In this document: positions 1 through 14,977 of the stretch, piece after piece
Layout of the letters: each line of letters starts with the position of its first letter
Numbering within the stretch: position 1 is the first letter of the stretch
NCBI GenBank assembly: GCA_964016885.1
Contig: OZ024743.1
Location: 173,538,001 to 173,602,000 of the forward strand
DNA length: 64,000 nucleotides
Source: Eledone cirrhosa
Lineage: Eukaryota
Reading direction: 5' to 3'
Notes under the pieces: model-generated
Told to the model about the DNA's origin: nothing
Database searches by the model: none
What the model saw: only the letters and a program-made list of their open reading frames with translations
Made by a program: the position numbers and the translations under genes

Positions 1-1322
1 CTAACGCTCATAGCTGAATCAATGGCCGAGCTAGAGAAGAAATTCCAAACATGGAAGCACAGCCTAGAATCAAAAGGCCTTAAAATTAACCTGGCTAAGA
101 CTAAAGTTCTAGTTTGTAGGAAAGAAAATAAGGCGCCGGTCCCTTCCGGGAAATGGCCATGCTCAGTGTGTAGGAAAGGCGTAGGTAGAAACTCCATTTT
201 ATGTCCCAAATGCAAAGTATGGGTGCATAAAAGATGTAGTGGGATCACAGGTAAGCTAACTAAGAACTTAGATTTTACATGTGGGCGGTGCTCTGGTGCA
301 ATAAGTAGCAGCGAGTGCCCACAAAATACTAACTCTTTCAATTGCGCAGAGGGCTCTATAGAAATAGTGGACAGCTTCCGTTACCTGGGTGACAAAATCA
401 GCAGTGGGGGAGGGTGCTCCGAAAGTACAGTAGCTAGAGTCAGAACTGGATGGAAAAAGTTCAGAGAGCTTATACCACTATTAGCCGCTAAAGGGTTCTC
501 CCTAAAAATGAAAGGCAGGTTGTATGATGCCTGCATACGAACAGCAATGTTGCATGGCAGTGAGACCTGGGCATTGTGCGCAGAGGATATACGCAGACTA
601 GAGAGGAACGAAGCATGCATGCTCCGCTGGATGTGTAATAGTAATATACGTGAACGGCAAAGCATAAACGAACTAAGGAAAAAATTAGAAATAAGAGGGA
701 TCAGATGTTGTTTACTCGAGAGAAGGCTACGTTGGTACGGACACGTGATGCGCATGAAAGTCGATAGCTGTATAACAAAGTGCAGGGCAATAAAGATAGA
801 CGGTAGCCACGGAATAGGCAGACCTAGAAAATCCTGGGACGAGCTGATAAACTCCGACCTCACACACTTACACCTCTCCAAGACAATGTCACTGGACCGA
901 GACCTTTGGCGGTACTCAGTAATAGAGAAGACCCGCCTTACCTAAATACATAGTAAAACCTACTACAGCCAGTAGGCATCTCTAACAAAATACACCCCTG
1001 TCCCCCCACCCACACCCCCATCCACACCACCTCCTCCTATGTAAAGTTATGTTGGTGCCACAACATCCAGGCCGAAACAAATGAGATCGTGTAGGTGTCA
1101 CGACAAAAAAACACAGTCCACGCTGTAATGTGGCCGTGTAGGCAACACGGTAAAAACCTCCCAGTCCCACACTGTAAATGTGGTTGGTGTTAGGAAGGGC
1201 ATCCAACTGTAGAAAACCTGCCAGACAGTCCTATGCGAGCAAGACAATCATTCTTGCCTCAAGTGGGAATACCCCCGTCCAAACCCATGCAAGCGTGGAA
1301 CACAGACGTTAAACGTTGATGA

Positions 1323-1326
<4 letters not shown>
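1..1326 (+). mobile_element. RTE-clade non-LTR retrotransposon, copy 1 (3' part, cut by window start)
   Basis: ORF 22-945 has RT C-terminal motifs ([35 protein letters not shown]). The 3'UTR ends CCATGCAAGCGTGG...GACGTTAAAC then (GAT)n and (TA)n. Clearly homologous to 11628-14065. Confidence 0.92.
22..945 (+). CDS. RTE ORF C-terminal part: end of RT, PHD-like C4HC3 insert, C-terminal domain
   Basis: Uninterrupted frame, also open upstream (LTLIAES matches LALIAES after YADD in copy 2). Cys/His pattern at 160-291. Confidence 0.85.
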   Translation: MAELEKKFQTWKHSLESKGLKINLAKTKVLVCRKENKAPVPSGKWPCSVCRKGVGRNSILCPKCKVWVHKRCSGITGKLTKNLDFTCGRCSGAISSSECPQNTNSFNCAEGSIEIVDSFRYLGDKISSGGGCSESTVARVRTGWKKFRELIPLLAAKGFSLKMKGRLYDACIRTAMLHGSETWALCAEDIRRLERNEACMLRWMCNSNIRERQSINELRKKLEIRGIRCCLLERRLRWYGHVMRMKVDSCITKCRAIKIDGSHGIGRPRKSWDELINSDLTHLHLSKTMSLDRDLWRYSVIEKTRLT

Positions 1327-1379
<53 letters not shown>

Positions 1380-1403
1380 TGTAATAAACAACATAAGGCA
1401 ATT

Positions 1404-1459
1404 ATTTACCAGTGGTTTCTTAAAAGCAAAAAATTTTGCTTTCAATCATCAGAATGAAA
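1404..1459 (-). ncRNA. Hammerhead ribozyme motif (left arm of palindrome, shortened stem I)
   Basis: Minus strand reads TTTCATT-CTGATGA-stem II-GAAA-CCACTGG-TA-AAT; 3' strand of stem I is partly deleted. Confidence 0.65.
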
Positions 1460-1546
1460 AAATCCTGGTGTATTTATTGATATTGGATTCTAAAAACAAA
1501 AATTTTTGTTTTTAGAATCCAATATCAATAAATACACCAGGATTTT

Positions 1547-1606
1547 TTTCATTCTGATGATTGAAAGCGAAATTTTTTGCTTTTAAGAAACCACTGGTAA
1601 ATGGAA
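1547..1606 (+). ncRNA. Type I hammerhead ribozyme (Penelope-type)
   Basis: TTTCATT-CTGATGA-TTGAAAGC..GCTTTTAA-GAAA-CCACTGG-TA-AATGGAA: core, stems I-III and GUA cleavage triplet. Confidence 0.85.
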
Positions 1607-1724
1607 TAATTCCCTTATGTTGTTTATTACATAACTATTAAGCTCTGTTACCTACATAGAGCACTCTTTTTTCCTGGACTTTTCCGACGGAATTACTTTA
1701 TATATATATATATATATATATATA

Positions 1725-2270
1725 CCATAGAACATGTCTATAGAATCACCAGATAAAATATATACCATTTCCTCTCCCAATTAGCATAATTAACTATATA
1801 AAAAATCGAATAGACCAGGCTATAAGAATAAGGCTTCTATGAAGAAATCTCCAACAAATAACCGAAACTAGCCATTCGCGTCGGCTGCGACGAAATATTT
1901 ATCGAATATTTCGACAGCGTAATCGCCCAGATACAGTCATTTAAAGAGAATTAGGTGTAAAATAAACTAGGAGAAAAGATAATACATTTATTTACCTCTA
2001 CCATGGTTTCGTCCGCATTTTGAGATTTCCAATAATTTCGGAAACTCGAGCATCGGACTTTTCAGGAGTTTGCTCTAATCTAGACAATAAATTTTCCAAA
2101 GTGATCGCGCCAAGAATACATTAAAAAATGGCTAAGAATCGTGACATAGCAGTGGTCAGGTTGGAAGGAGTGTGGTAGTTGCTTACGGCTGGTGGCTTTT
2201 TGCTAGAAAGCACAGCACAATACAGCCAAATTTGTATCTCAACCTAATGGGAGATTATTACATATAAAGG
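1725..2270 (-). mobile_element. Probable Penelope-like element terminal fragment
   Basis: Island flanked by (TA)n, with a minus-strand hammerhead motif followed by AATAAA (1987-1992). Confidence 0.5.
1996..2068 (-). ncRNA. Variant hammerhead motif (CUGAAAA core)
   Basis: Minus strand: CTC-CTGAAAA-GTCCG...CGGAC-GAAA-CCATGG-TA-GAG; long stem II, palindromic stem III, G8 replaced by A. Confidence 0.65.
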
Positions 2271-2341
2271 TTTACATATATATATATATACATATACGTG
2301 TTTTGCAACGGGTCACTTTGTGGCTCAATGAAAAGTTAATA

Positions 2342-2545
2342 AATTAAATAATTGTTTCTACTTTAGGCACAAGGCCAGCAATTACCCAGTACATTACTGG
2401 TACTTTATTTTAGCGACCCCGTAAGGATGAAAGGCAAAGTTAACCTCGGCGGGATTTGAACTCAGATTGTAAAGGGACGTAACTATGCTAGAAAGCATGG
2501 CGTCCAACCCTCTACCGATACTGCCAATTCACCGAATTAAATAAT
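2342..2545 (-). mobile_element. tRNA-derived SINE with Deu/Nin-like central domain
   Basis: Minus strand has B-box-like GAGTTCAAATCCC, then GCCTTTCATCCTTACGGGGTCGCTAAAATAAAGTACCAG. AATTAAATAAT at both ends (2342-2352, 2535-2545) is TSD-like. Confidence 0.75.
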
Positions 2546-2584
2546 AACCTTTATATATATATATATATATAAAGGTTATTATTC

Positions 2585-2628
2585 CTCGCAAGGAAAAGTG
2601 GACGTAAAATGATGATGATGATGATGAT
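2585..2628 (+). mobile_element. RTE-type 3' tail remnant
   Basis: GGAAAAGTGGACGTAAAATGATGATGAT resembles the 3' end of both RTE copies. Confidence 0.55.
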
Positions 2629-2634
2629 AATATA

Positions 2635-3466
2635 TCTCAACCTGATTAGTTCTATCGTTACTTTGGTATATATTGTGTGTTAGTTTCGCCTACCCCAATG
2701 TTCGATTTGTCAAGCTATTTAAACGTATGTTATTACTCTGAGGTCCTATCTTATCGAGTGCTTTGCTAACTCATCATTTCATATAAGTAGGCCGAATTTA
2801 CTTGCAAACCGCCAGAGATTCGATTTTACTGATTTCCAATTATATTATTCTCCTAGATTTAATAATTAACTAATTAATTTAATTAGACAATTCTGTTGAT
2901 TGGTTAATTATTTGTGTTTGTTTTATAACATCTAGTCGAGAGCTTATGAGGATTAGCGAAAATTAAAATATTTCCTTTCGCTAGCATTTTCAATGACCCG
3001 CCTAAAACCGGGGGTTATTTCCCTTGCCGGAATTAACACGTGATAACTATAGATGCGATTAGCAGCCATATGGAGCAGCAACATATAATTTATCACTCCG
3101 GTCCTAAGCAGAACGAAATACCTGTTGATAAACTGAATCCTCCGTTCTATCACCAATACCATGAGCTTGCCATTCACGTAAGTCTGATATTTGATTTCGG
3201 ATTCAAAGAAACACTTTAAACGATTGTTCGTTTGATTTGTTCAGGTGTACTTTTCTCAACCTGATTAGTTCTATCGTTACGTTGGTATATATATTGTGTG
3301 TTAGTTTCGCCTACCACAATGTTCGATTTGTCAAGCTATTTAAACGTATGTTATTACTCTGAGGTCCTATCTTATCGAGTGCTTTGCCAACTCATCATTT
3401 CATATAAGTAGGCCGAATTTACTTGCAAACCGCCAGAGATTCGATTTTACTGATTTCCAATTATAT
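2635..3466. repeat. Unclassified element with ~212-bp terminal direct repeats (2635-2845, 3254-3466)
   Basis: Two near-identical copies starting TCTCAACCTGATTAG, 619 bp apart, ending in (TA)n. Confidence 0.85.
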
Positions 3467-3598
3467 ATATATATATATATAGGTGCGTTTATGTATGGAT
3501 ATATGTGCAGAGGTTATATTTAATTTGTTGGGATTCAACAAGCTTAAACATTTTTTATAATTGATATAAAGCACTCAACAGTTTAGTGGAGTAAATAT

Positions 3599-3855
3599 AC
3601 AATATATTAACAAATGGAAACTATATTTATAAAACCATATTTATTTTATTATACATATTTCAAGGGCCACCACTATCCAGGAAGCTCCAACCGTTAAGGT
3701 TGTCTTTTTTCAGGGTATGTCAATATTTATTTATAAACTAATCTGTATTGTATTTTATCTGATGAAAGCGCACCATAATTTGCCTTGGTGGCCCTTGAAA
3801 TATGTATAATAAAATATGGTTTTATAAATATAGTTTCCATTTGTTAATATATTGT
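3599..3855. mobile_element. Penelope-like pLTR with inverted partial copy
   Basis: 3599-3672 is the reverse complement of 3786-3855; contains the hammerhead at 3751-3816. Confidence 0.7.
3751..3816 (+). ncRNA. Type I minimal hammerhead ribozyme
   Basis: TATTTTAT-CTGATGA-AAGCGCACCA..TGGTGGCCCTT-GAAA-TATGTA-TA-ATAAAATA; perfect 8-bp stem I. Confidence 0.82.
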
Positions 3856-4039
3856 TTATATATGTGTGTATATATGCGTGTACATATGTATATATATGTG
3901 TGTATATGTGTACGTGTGTGGTGTTATATATTCTTATTTATTATTCTTCCCCCCCCCCCCCCACCTTTTCCTCCAACCTCACTTTCATGTGTTATATTTT
4001 TGTTTTTCAAATCCACTGTCAATAAAGACACCAGGATTT

Positions 4040-4099
4040 TTTCATTCTGATGAATGAAAGCAATTTCAGTTGCTTTCAAGAAACCACTGGTAAATGAAA
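4040..4099 (+). ncRNA. Type I hammerhead ribozyme, same family as 1547-1606
   Basis: TTTCATT-CTGATGA-ATGAAAGCAA..TTGCTTTCAA-GAAA-CCACTGG-TA-AATGAAA; perfect stem I. Confidence 0.85.
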
Positions 4100-4127
4100 T
4101 AATTATCTTATGTTGTTTATTACATAA

Positions 4128-4960
4128 CTATATATATATAAAGCTGAGGATGTCTGTCTGTGTGTGTGTGAGTTTGGATCCCTAAAACTTGAGAACCACC
4201 CAACTGACTGTTTTCAAACTTTACACATGTAATACTTGTTTAAAGGGAGTGTTCTGAGCAAAAAAATTTCAAATTTTCAATGCCCTAGGGACGGCATTAG
4301 GCGATTTAGCGATCTGTCTCTATAATTCTTAGTCTTTCTCTTTTTAAATAGATACATACATATAACATCGCGCCCTTATAATAGCTGTCTCTATGTCACT
4401 TCCCTGAGGATGTCTGTGTGTGTGAGTTTGAATCCCTAAAACTCGAGAAGTACCCAACCAACTTTTTTCAAACTTTACATGTGTATTACTTATTTTTCAG
4501 GGAGTGTTATGCACATAAAAAAATTCAACTTTTTCATCCCCTAGGGCCCGCATGAGGTGAAAAACTGCGTTTTTTTTTAGGCGTTATGTCAGACTGATTT
4601 CCTTGAAATTGTAACAATAAATTAGTCAGTCTCTTCTTCATACTGTGAGCAAAGAAAATCCAACTTTTTTATGGCCTAGGGCCTGCATTAGGTGAAAAAC
4701 TTCATATTTTCAGCTTTTTAGGGCTCTTTTTGAGGCGTTACGTCTAGCCAGTTTTTCCCAAAATTTCAAAGCAGATAAAAAAGTTCATTTTCTTGATCCC
4801 CTGCATTTTTCCTGCTTCATCGAGGAAAATCTTAAAGATTATCCAGCCATCAGAGTATTCGGTTTATTTTCTTTACATATTGTCGAGGCATGCAGTAGGT
4901 CTGTTGGCGGCCCAAGTTCCAAAATACCTTATCCCGTGCAACGCCGAGTACCACTGCTAG
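4128..4960 (+). mobile_element. Non-autonomous Helitron
   Basis: 5' end CTATATATA..AAAGCTGAGGATGTCTGTCTGTGTG. 3' end is GC-rich CCCGTGCAACGCCGAG then CTAG followed by T. Internal duplication of the 5' segment (4144-4300 vs 4404-4560). Confidence 0.7.
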
Positions 4961-5264
4961 TATATATTTTATAGCAGATGTGATAGACCCCGGATACTTG
5001 CTTTCTTATCCGATGGCTTCCCCTTTTCCGTGCTTTCTACATTTCTTAGTGCTATCTTTGCTTTAATTTCTCGTATATCAGTATTTATTTTTTTGGGGTG
5101 GGGGGGGATTCTGAATTAATTTTCCGTATCAAATTTTTCATATACTTCGTACGAGTATTTATGTAGTTTGCACTAGAATTTTTGTATCGTAGCGGCACCC
5201 TGAGAGATACTATTAGTATTCTTTTTCGGGATTCTGATTTATTATTTCGTATTAGTTTATTTTT

Positions 5265-5310
5265 TGCACTGGGTCGTTGCTGGCCTTGTGCCTAGGGTAG
5301 AAACAATTAT
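5265..5310 (+). mobile_element. SINE 3' tail fragment
   Basis: GCTGGCCTTGTGCCTAGGGTAGAAACAATTATT matches the reverse complement of 2349-2385. Confidence 0.6.
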
Positions 5311-5799
5311 TTTGTATTGGTCTCGGGACTCTGAATTATTATTTCATGGTAGTTTCTTTAGTATTTTGGCCCCCCACTTGTTTACCTGTCACCGTAGGAT
5401 ATACTCGGTTGATTACTACTACCTCTTAAAAGGGTGTTATTATAATTCCGTCCCACCTAGTAAACTTTTCTATAGTCTAGCAGTACCAGTGAGAGACATG
5501 ATGACTGTCGTTAGAGAATAGTAACCAGAAATTGTTTTTTTGTTTTTTTTTATATTTAATTGTTTTTTTTTTTTTTTACATTCTCGGTATTCTTCTATAT
5601 ATTTACCCCATATTGTTTTACCTTTTGTTTCAACTTTCTCCCCCTCCCTAGTATACTTCCTTGACCTCCTGCCCTGCTGTAGTTGGCACTATCAACGCAC
5701 GACTGGGTTTCCTTCACCCCCTCTCCCACTTTCTTCTACTGGCAGGTTCAGCTACCCCTTCCTTCCACAAATTGCCATCATAGAATTATGTGTCTCAAC

Positions 5800-5959
5800 A
5801 ACAGACTTTTGACCAATCCTTGTGACAATCACTTTTACCATATATGGAATTACCCCCTGAGAAGCTCGGCTATTCATATACCAGGATAAAAATTTTCATT
5901 TAGTCCAGAATTAACCGTCGATACGGCTTGAGTTTAGCCGCCGAGGTCCTACTCGTTCC
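5800..5959 (+). pseudogene. Possible degenerate Penelope GIY-YIG C-terminus
   Basis: Across frames reads AIHI...[10 protein letters not shown], resembling the EAIHI..PxLNR end of Penelope endonucleases; heavily decayed. Confidence 0.25.
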
Positions 5960-10610
<4,651 letters not shown>

Positions 10611-11362
10611 AACTAGAAAACTTAATATTAGCAGGTGCTTCTTTAAAATCCCCCACCTGAGTGAATATACCACGAACGCCATCCGCAGGGCCATACGGAC
10701 GGAGGGACTTGACATACATTTGGCCCACACAGGACCTTCGCTGCGAAGATGCCTCTCCAACAAACCCTACGAGGCAGATGGGACGTGTTCCCTCAGCAAC
10801 TGCCCGATACCTTTCACACCCTTTGATTTCCAACTTCTACAGCCCACTATCTTTCACACACACACACACTCACACATATACACACTTACACTTATACACA
10901 CACAGTTACACACACATATATATTTACATACACATATCTTACGGCTTTCACACGCTAACGCACCCTCTTGATTTAACCCATTTGGTCAGTAGCTTTTGCC
11001 ACAGCCTATCACGCGCACGCGCATTCTTCCCCTTGTTTAAATTTTAAATATTTTTCTCCCCATAACGGCATTCCTGTCTTAACGACATCACAACTTTCTC
11101 CGCTTGGCCTGTTTCCCCCCTTTTGGAACTTTTCCCCCGTTGATGGGCGTGAGCCCGAAATATTGGGATTAAATCTCTACTACGGTAACCCTTCTACCTT
11201 TGTTTTGTTTTCATCTTTGTCTCTCTCAATTTTCACTTTCACCTGTTTTTCCTATCTATATTTCACTTCCTACCTCGAGATTTCCCTTTGCATTGTTGTG
11301 GCTTTCTTAAATACGTATTTTTACACATTTCACAATGCTTCAAGCAAACTTTAACACCCTCT
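10611..11362 (+). mobile_element. Internally deleted Penelope-like element (RT-to-GIY-YIG linker plus 3' pLTR)
   Basis: 10611-10810 encodes [39 protein letters not shown]...CSLSNCPI, typical of the Penelope linker. A degenerate hammerhead follows at 11133-11168. Confidence 0.7.
11133..11168 (+). ncRNA. Degenerate minimal hammerhead motif
   Basis: TCCC-CCGTTGAT-GGGC-GTGA-GCCC-GAAA-TA-TT-GGGA; stems are kept but the core has two substitutions. Confidence 0.5.
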
Positions 11363-11627
11363 TATATATATGTGTATATATGTATATTTATATATATGTA
11401 TATTTATATATATGTATATTTATATATATTTATATATATGTGTATATATATATATGTGTATATATATATATGTGTATATATATATGTGTATATATATATA
11501 TGTGTATATATATATGTGTATATATATGTATATATATATATATGTGTATATATATGTATATATATATATATGTGTATATATATGTATATATATATATATG
11601 TGTATATATATGTATATATATATATAT
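11363..11627. repeat. Interrupted (TA)n microsatellite
   Basis: Direct reading. Confidence 0.95.
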
Positions 11628-13767
11628 AAAAAATAACTTACTAGAGGCGACGGATGAGGTTTGTGGCTGGAGTAAGACCTCAAGCAGGAGGAGAGTGACT
11701 TGGTGGTGGAACAATAAGGTAGATGAAGCAGTCAAGGCCAAGAGACAGGCATGGAAAGAATGGAAGAACGGGGGGAGCAGGGTACATTACATAGAGACCA
11801 AGAGGGAAGCTAGGCGACAAGTATACTTAGCTAGGAGGGAAGCAGAGGATAGAAAATTCAAGCATGTTTTACAACGTGAGGACCAGAAACAGGAGGTATT
11901 CAAGATTGCGAGGCAGTGTGTCAGAGATAGTTGTGATGTCATTGGAGAGAAGTGTATCCGGAATGATAAAGGTGAGCTTGCCCTCACAAGTGCTGAGAAG
12001 AAAGATGCATGGAAGAGTCATTATGATAGATTACTAAATGAGGAGAATGCATGGGAAGAAGAGACCCTACCCCACGTAGACCCTATAGAGGGACCAGCAG
12101 TACAAGTCAGCGGCAGCGTAGTAAGTAAGGCAATCAGAGATATGAAGATAGGGAAGGCAACCGGTCCATCGGGTATAGCTGCCGAGATGCTGAAGGCATC
12201 TGGGTCTGTAGGTCACACTATAACCACACGTATCGTTAACCAGGTAATACTAGAGGGGGCCATACCAAAAGATTGGTGCAGTAGCATCATTGTCAACTGC
12301 TACAAAGGTAAAGGCGATGCACTAGATAGAGGAAACTATAGAGGTATAAAGTTGATGGACCAGGTCATGAAAGTAACAGAAAGAGTTATAGCACAGCTGA
12401 TTAGGGACCGGGTGAATATAGACGAGATGCAATTTGGGTTTGTTCCAGGGAAAGGCACCACTGATGCGCTCTTCCTTGTGAGGCAATTACAGGAAAAGTA
12501 CCTAGCTAAAAGTAAGCCACTCTACTTGGCATTTGTCGACCTTGAGAAAGCCTTTGACAGAGTTCCACGTGCAATAATCTGGTGGGCTCTTAGAAAACTA
12601 GGAGTAGATGAATGGCTTGTGAAAGCGGTACAAGCCATGTATAGGGGAGCAGTCAGCAAAGTTAGGATTGGCAATGAGTATAGCGAGGAATTTAGCGTAC
12701 AGGTTGGGGTCCACCAGGGCTCTGTTCTTAGCCCTCTCCTGTTCATCATAGTCCTGCAGGCAATAACGGAGGAGTTTAAGACCGGATGCCCATGGGAACT
12801 CCTGTATGCTGATGACCTCGCACTCATAGCTGAATCTATGGTAGAACTAGAGAATAAATTCCAAACCTGGAAGCAGGGACTAGAGAGAAAGGGCCTCAAA
12901 GTCAACATGACAAAGACTAAGGTCCTTATAAGTAGACGAGAAAACAGAACCCAGATCCCCTCAGGGAAATGGCCTTGCTCAGTATGTAGGAAAGGTGTAG
13001 GTAGGAACTCCATTCTTTGCCCCAAATGCAAACAATGGGTACACAAGAGATGTAGCGGGATCTCAGGAAGCTTAATTAAGAATGTAGGATTCACATGCAG
13101 CAGCTGTGCTGAAACAGCAAGCAAACAGCCACAGGAAACAAGTACCACCAATCTCTGGGAGGGCCCTGTAGAAACAGTAGACAGCTTCTGCTACCTAGGT
13201 GACCGAATTAGCAACGGAGGTGGGTGCTCAGAAAGTACAATAACTAGGGTAAGAACGGGATGGAAGAAGTTTAGGGAACTACTACCACTGCTAGCTGCAA
13301 AAGGCTTCTCCCTCAGAATGAAAGGCAGACTGTATGATGCGTGTATCCGAACAGCGATGTTGCATGGTAGTGAGACCTGGGCGCTGAAGGTGGAAGACTT
13401 ACGTAGATTAGAGAGAAACGAAGCCTGCATGCTCCGATGGATGTGTAACAGTAATATACGTGAACGACAAAGCATAAATGAATTGAGAGAGAGACTGAGC
13501 ATAAGAGGAATCAAATGCTGCGTGCAGGAGAGGCGGTTACGCTGGTATGGACATGTGATGCGTATGAAGGATGACAGCTGCATAAAAAGGTGCAGAGCAC
13601 TAGAAGTTGATGGAAACCGCGGAGTGGGGAGACCCAAGATGACTTGGGATGAGGTGATAAAAGCCGACCTTACCCAACTACACCTCTCAAAGTCAATGAC
13701 ACACGACCGTGACTTCTGGCGTCACGCAGTAATACAGGGTACCCGACCTCCCATGGGTACATGCTGA
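11628..13767 (+). CDS. RTE reverse transcriptase ORF (5'-truncated) with PHD-like insert
   Basis: About 710 codons without stop or frameshift. The ORF-track start at 11335 only reads through the microsatellite. Confidence 0.88.
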
Positions 13768-14065
13768 AGCATATAAACAATATGCCCCCCCCCCCCCCCC
13801 CCCACCGCAAGGTGGTCGTGGAGGTGCCACGGCAAAAAAGCACCCAGCCCACACTGTAAAGTGGACGTGTAGGCGCCACGAAAAAGCACCCAGCACTCAC
13901 TGTAAATGAGGTTGGTGTTAGGAAGGGCATCCAGCTGTAGAAATCAAGCCAGATCAGTTCCTGTATGAGCAAGGCATGGTCAGCCGACCAGACACTGCCC
14001 ACAACAGGACAACCCGTCTAACCCATGCTAGCGTGGAAGAACGGACGTAAAACGGTGATGATGAT
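11628..14065 (+). mobile_element. RTE-clade LINE, copy 2, 5'-truncated, inserted in (TA)n
   Basis: Open frame to 13767 with [44 protein letters not shown] (12805-12816). No endonuclease domain. 3'UTR ends in a stem-loop and (GAT)n. Confidence 0.95.
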
Positions 14066-14629
<564 letters not shown>

Positions 14630-14977
14630 AATTTAACACCAACACAACCACCAATAACTCAAACAAGGAATCCACAAATCTGCCGTTTTTCCCTGCGAGA
14701 CAGATTGTGTTTAGACCGGGATTGTCCCTTTACCCATCTCCCGGGGACCCGTCGGATAAATGAAAATAAAATTAAAAATAAAAGCAAAAACAAAAACCAT
14801 AACCTACATAAAAATAACCACTACCACAGTCACCAACAGTCTTCTAAACAGGAAACTTCTTCCTCTTTTTTAGCCATAATGAATCTGGCAAAAGAACTGG
14901 AAAAAAACATTCGAGCTATCACCCAGCACCACCCTCCACTATCACCCCACTGCACAAACTCCCATTGCTGCCATTAA
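14630..14977 (+). pseudogene. ORF1 C-terminal remnant with CCCH-like motif
   Basis: [20 protein letters not shown], followed by a basic stretch and [15 protein letters not shown], just upstream of ORF2. Confidence 0.5.

Larger units (their letters stand above)
1373..1638. repeat. Spacer-less palindrome (~130 bp arms) of a Penelope-like pLTR
   Basis: 1373-1502 is the near-perfect reverse complement of 1503-1638, centred on CAAAAA/TTTTTG. The right arm is homologous to ~4000-4130. Confidence 0.9.

Noticed and set aside
381-881. Antisense ORFs over LINE ORFs (also 12522-13637, 15010-17549)
   Set aside because: Shadow frames of RT coding sequence with no protein motifs.
2440-2535. tRNA gene
   Set aside because: Only a B-box-like motif within a SINE; no cloverleaf.
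3183-3225. Hammerhead-like CTGATAT...GAAAC
   Set aside because: Core non-canonical; stems I and III do not close.
11335-11627. N-terminal extension of the 810-aa ORF
   Set aside because: Chance read-through of microsatellite upstream of the truncated RTE.
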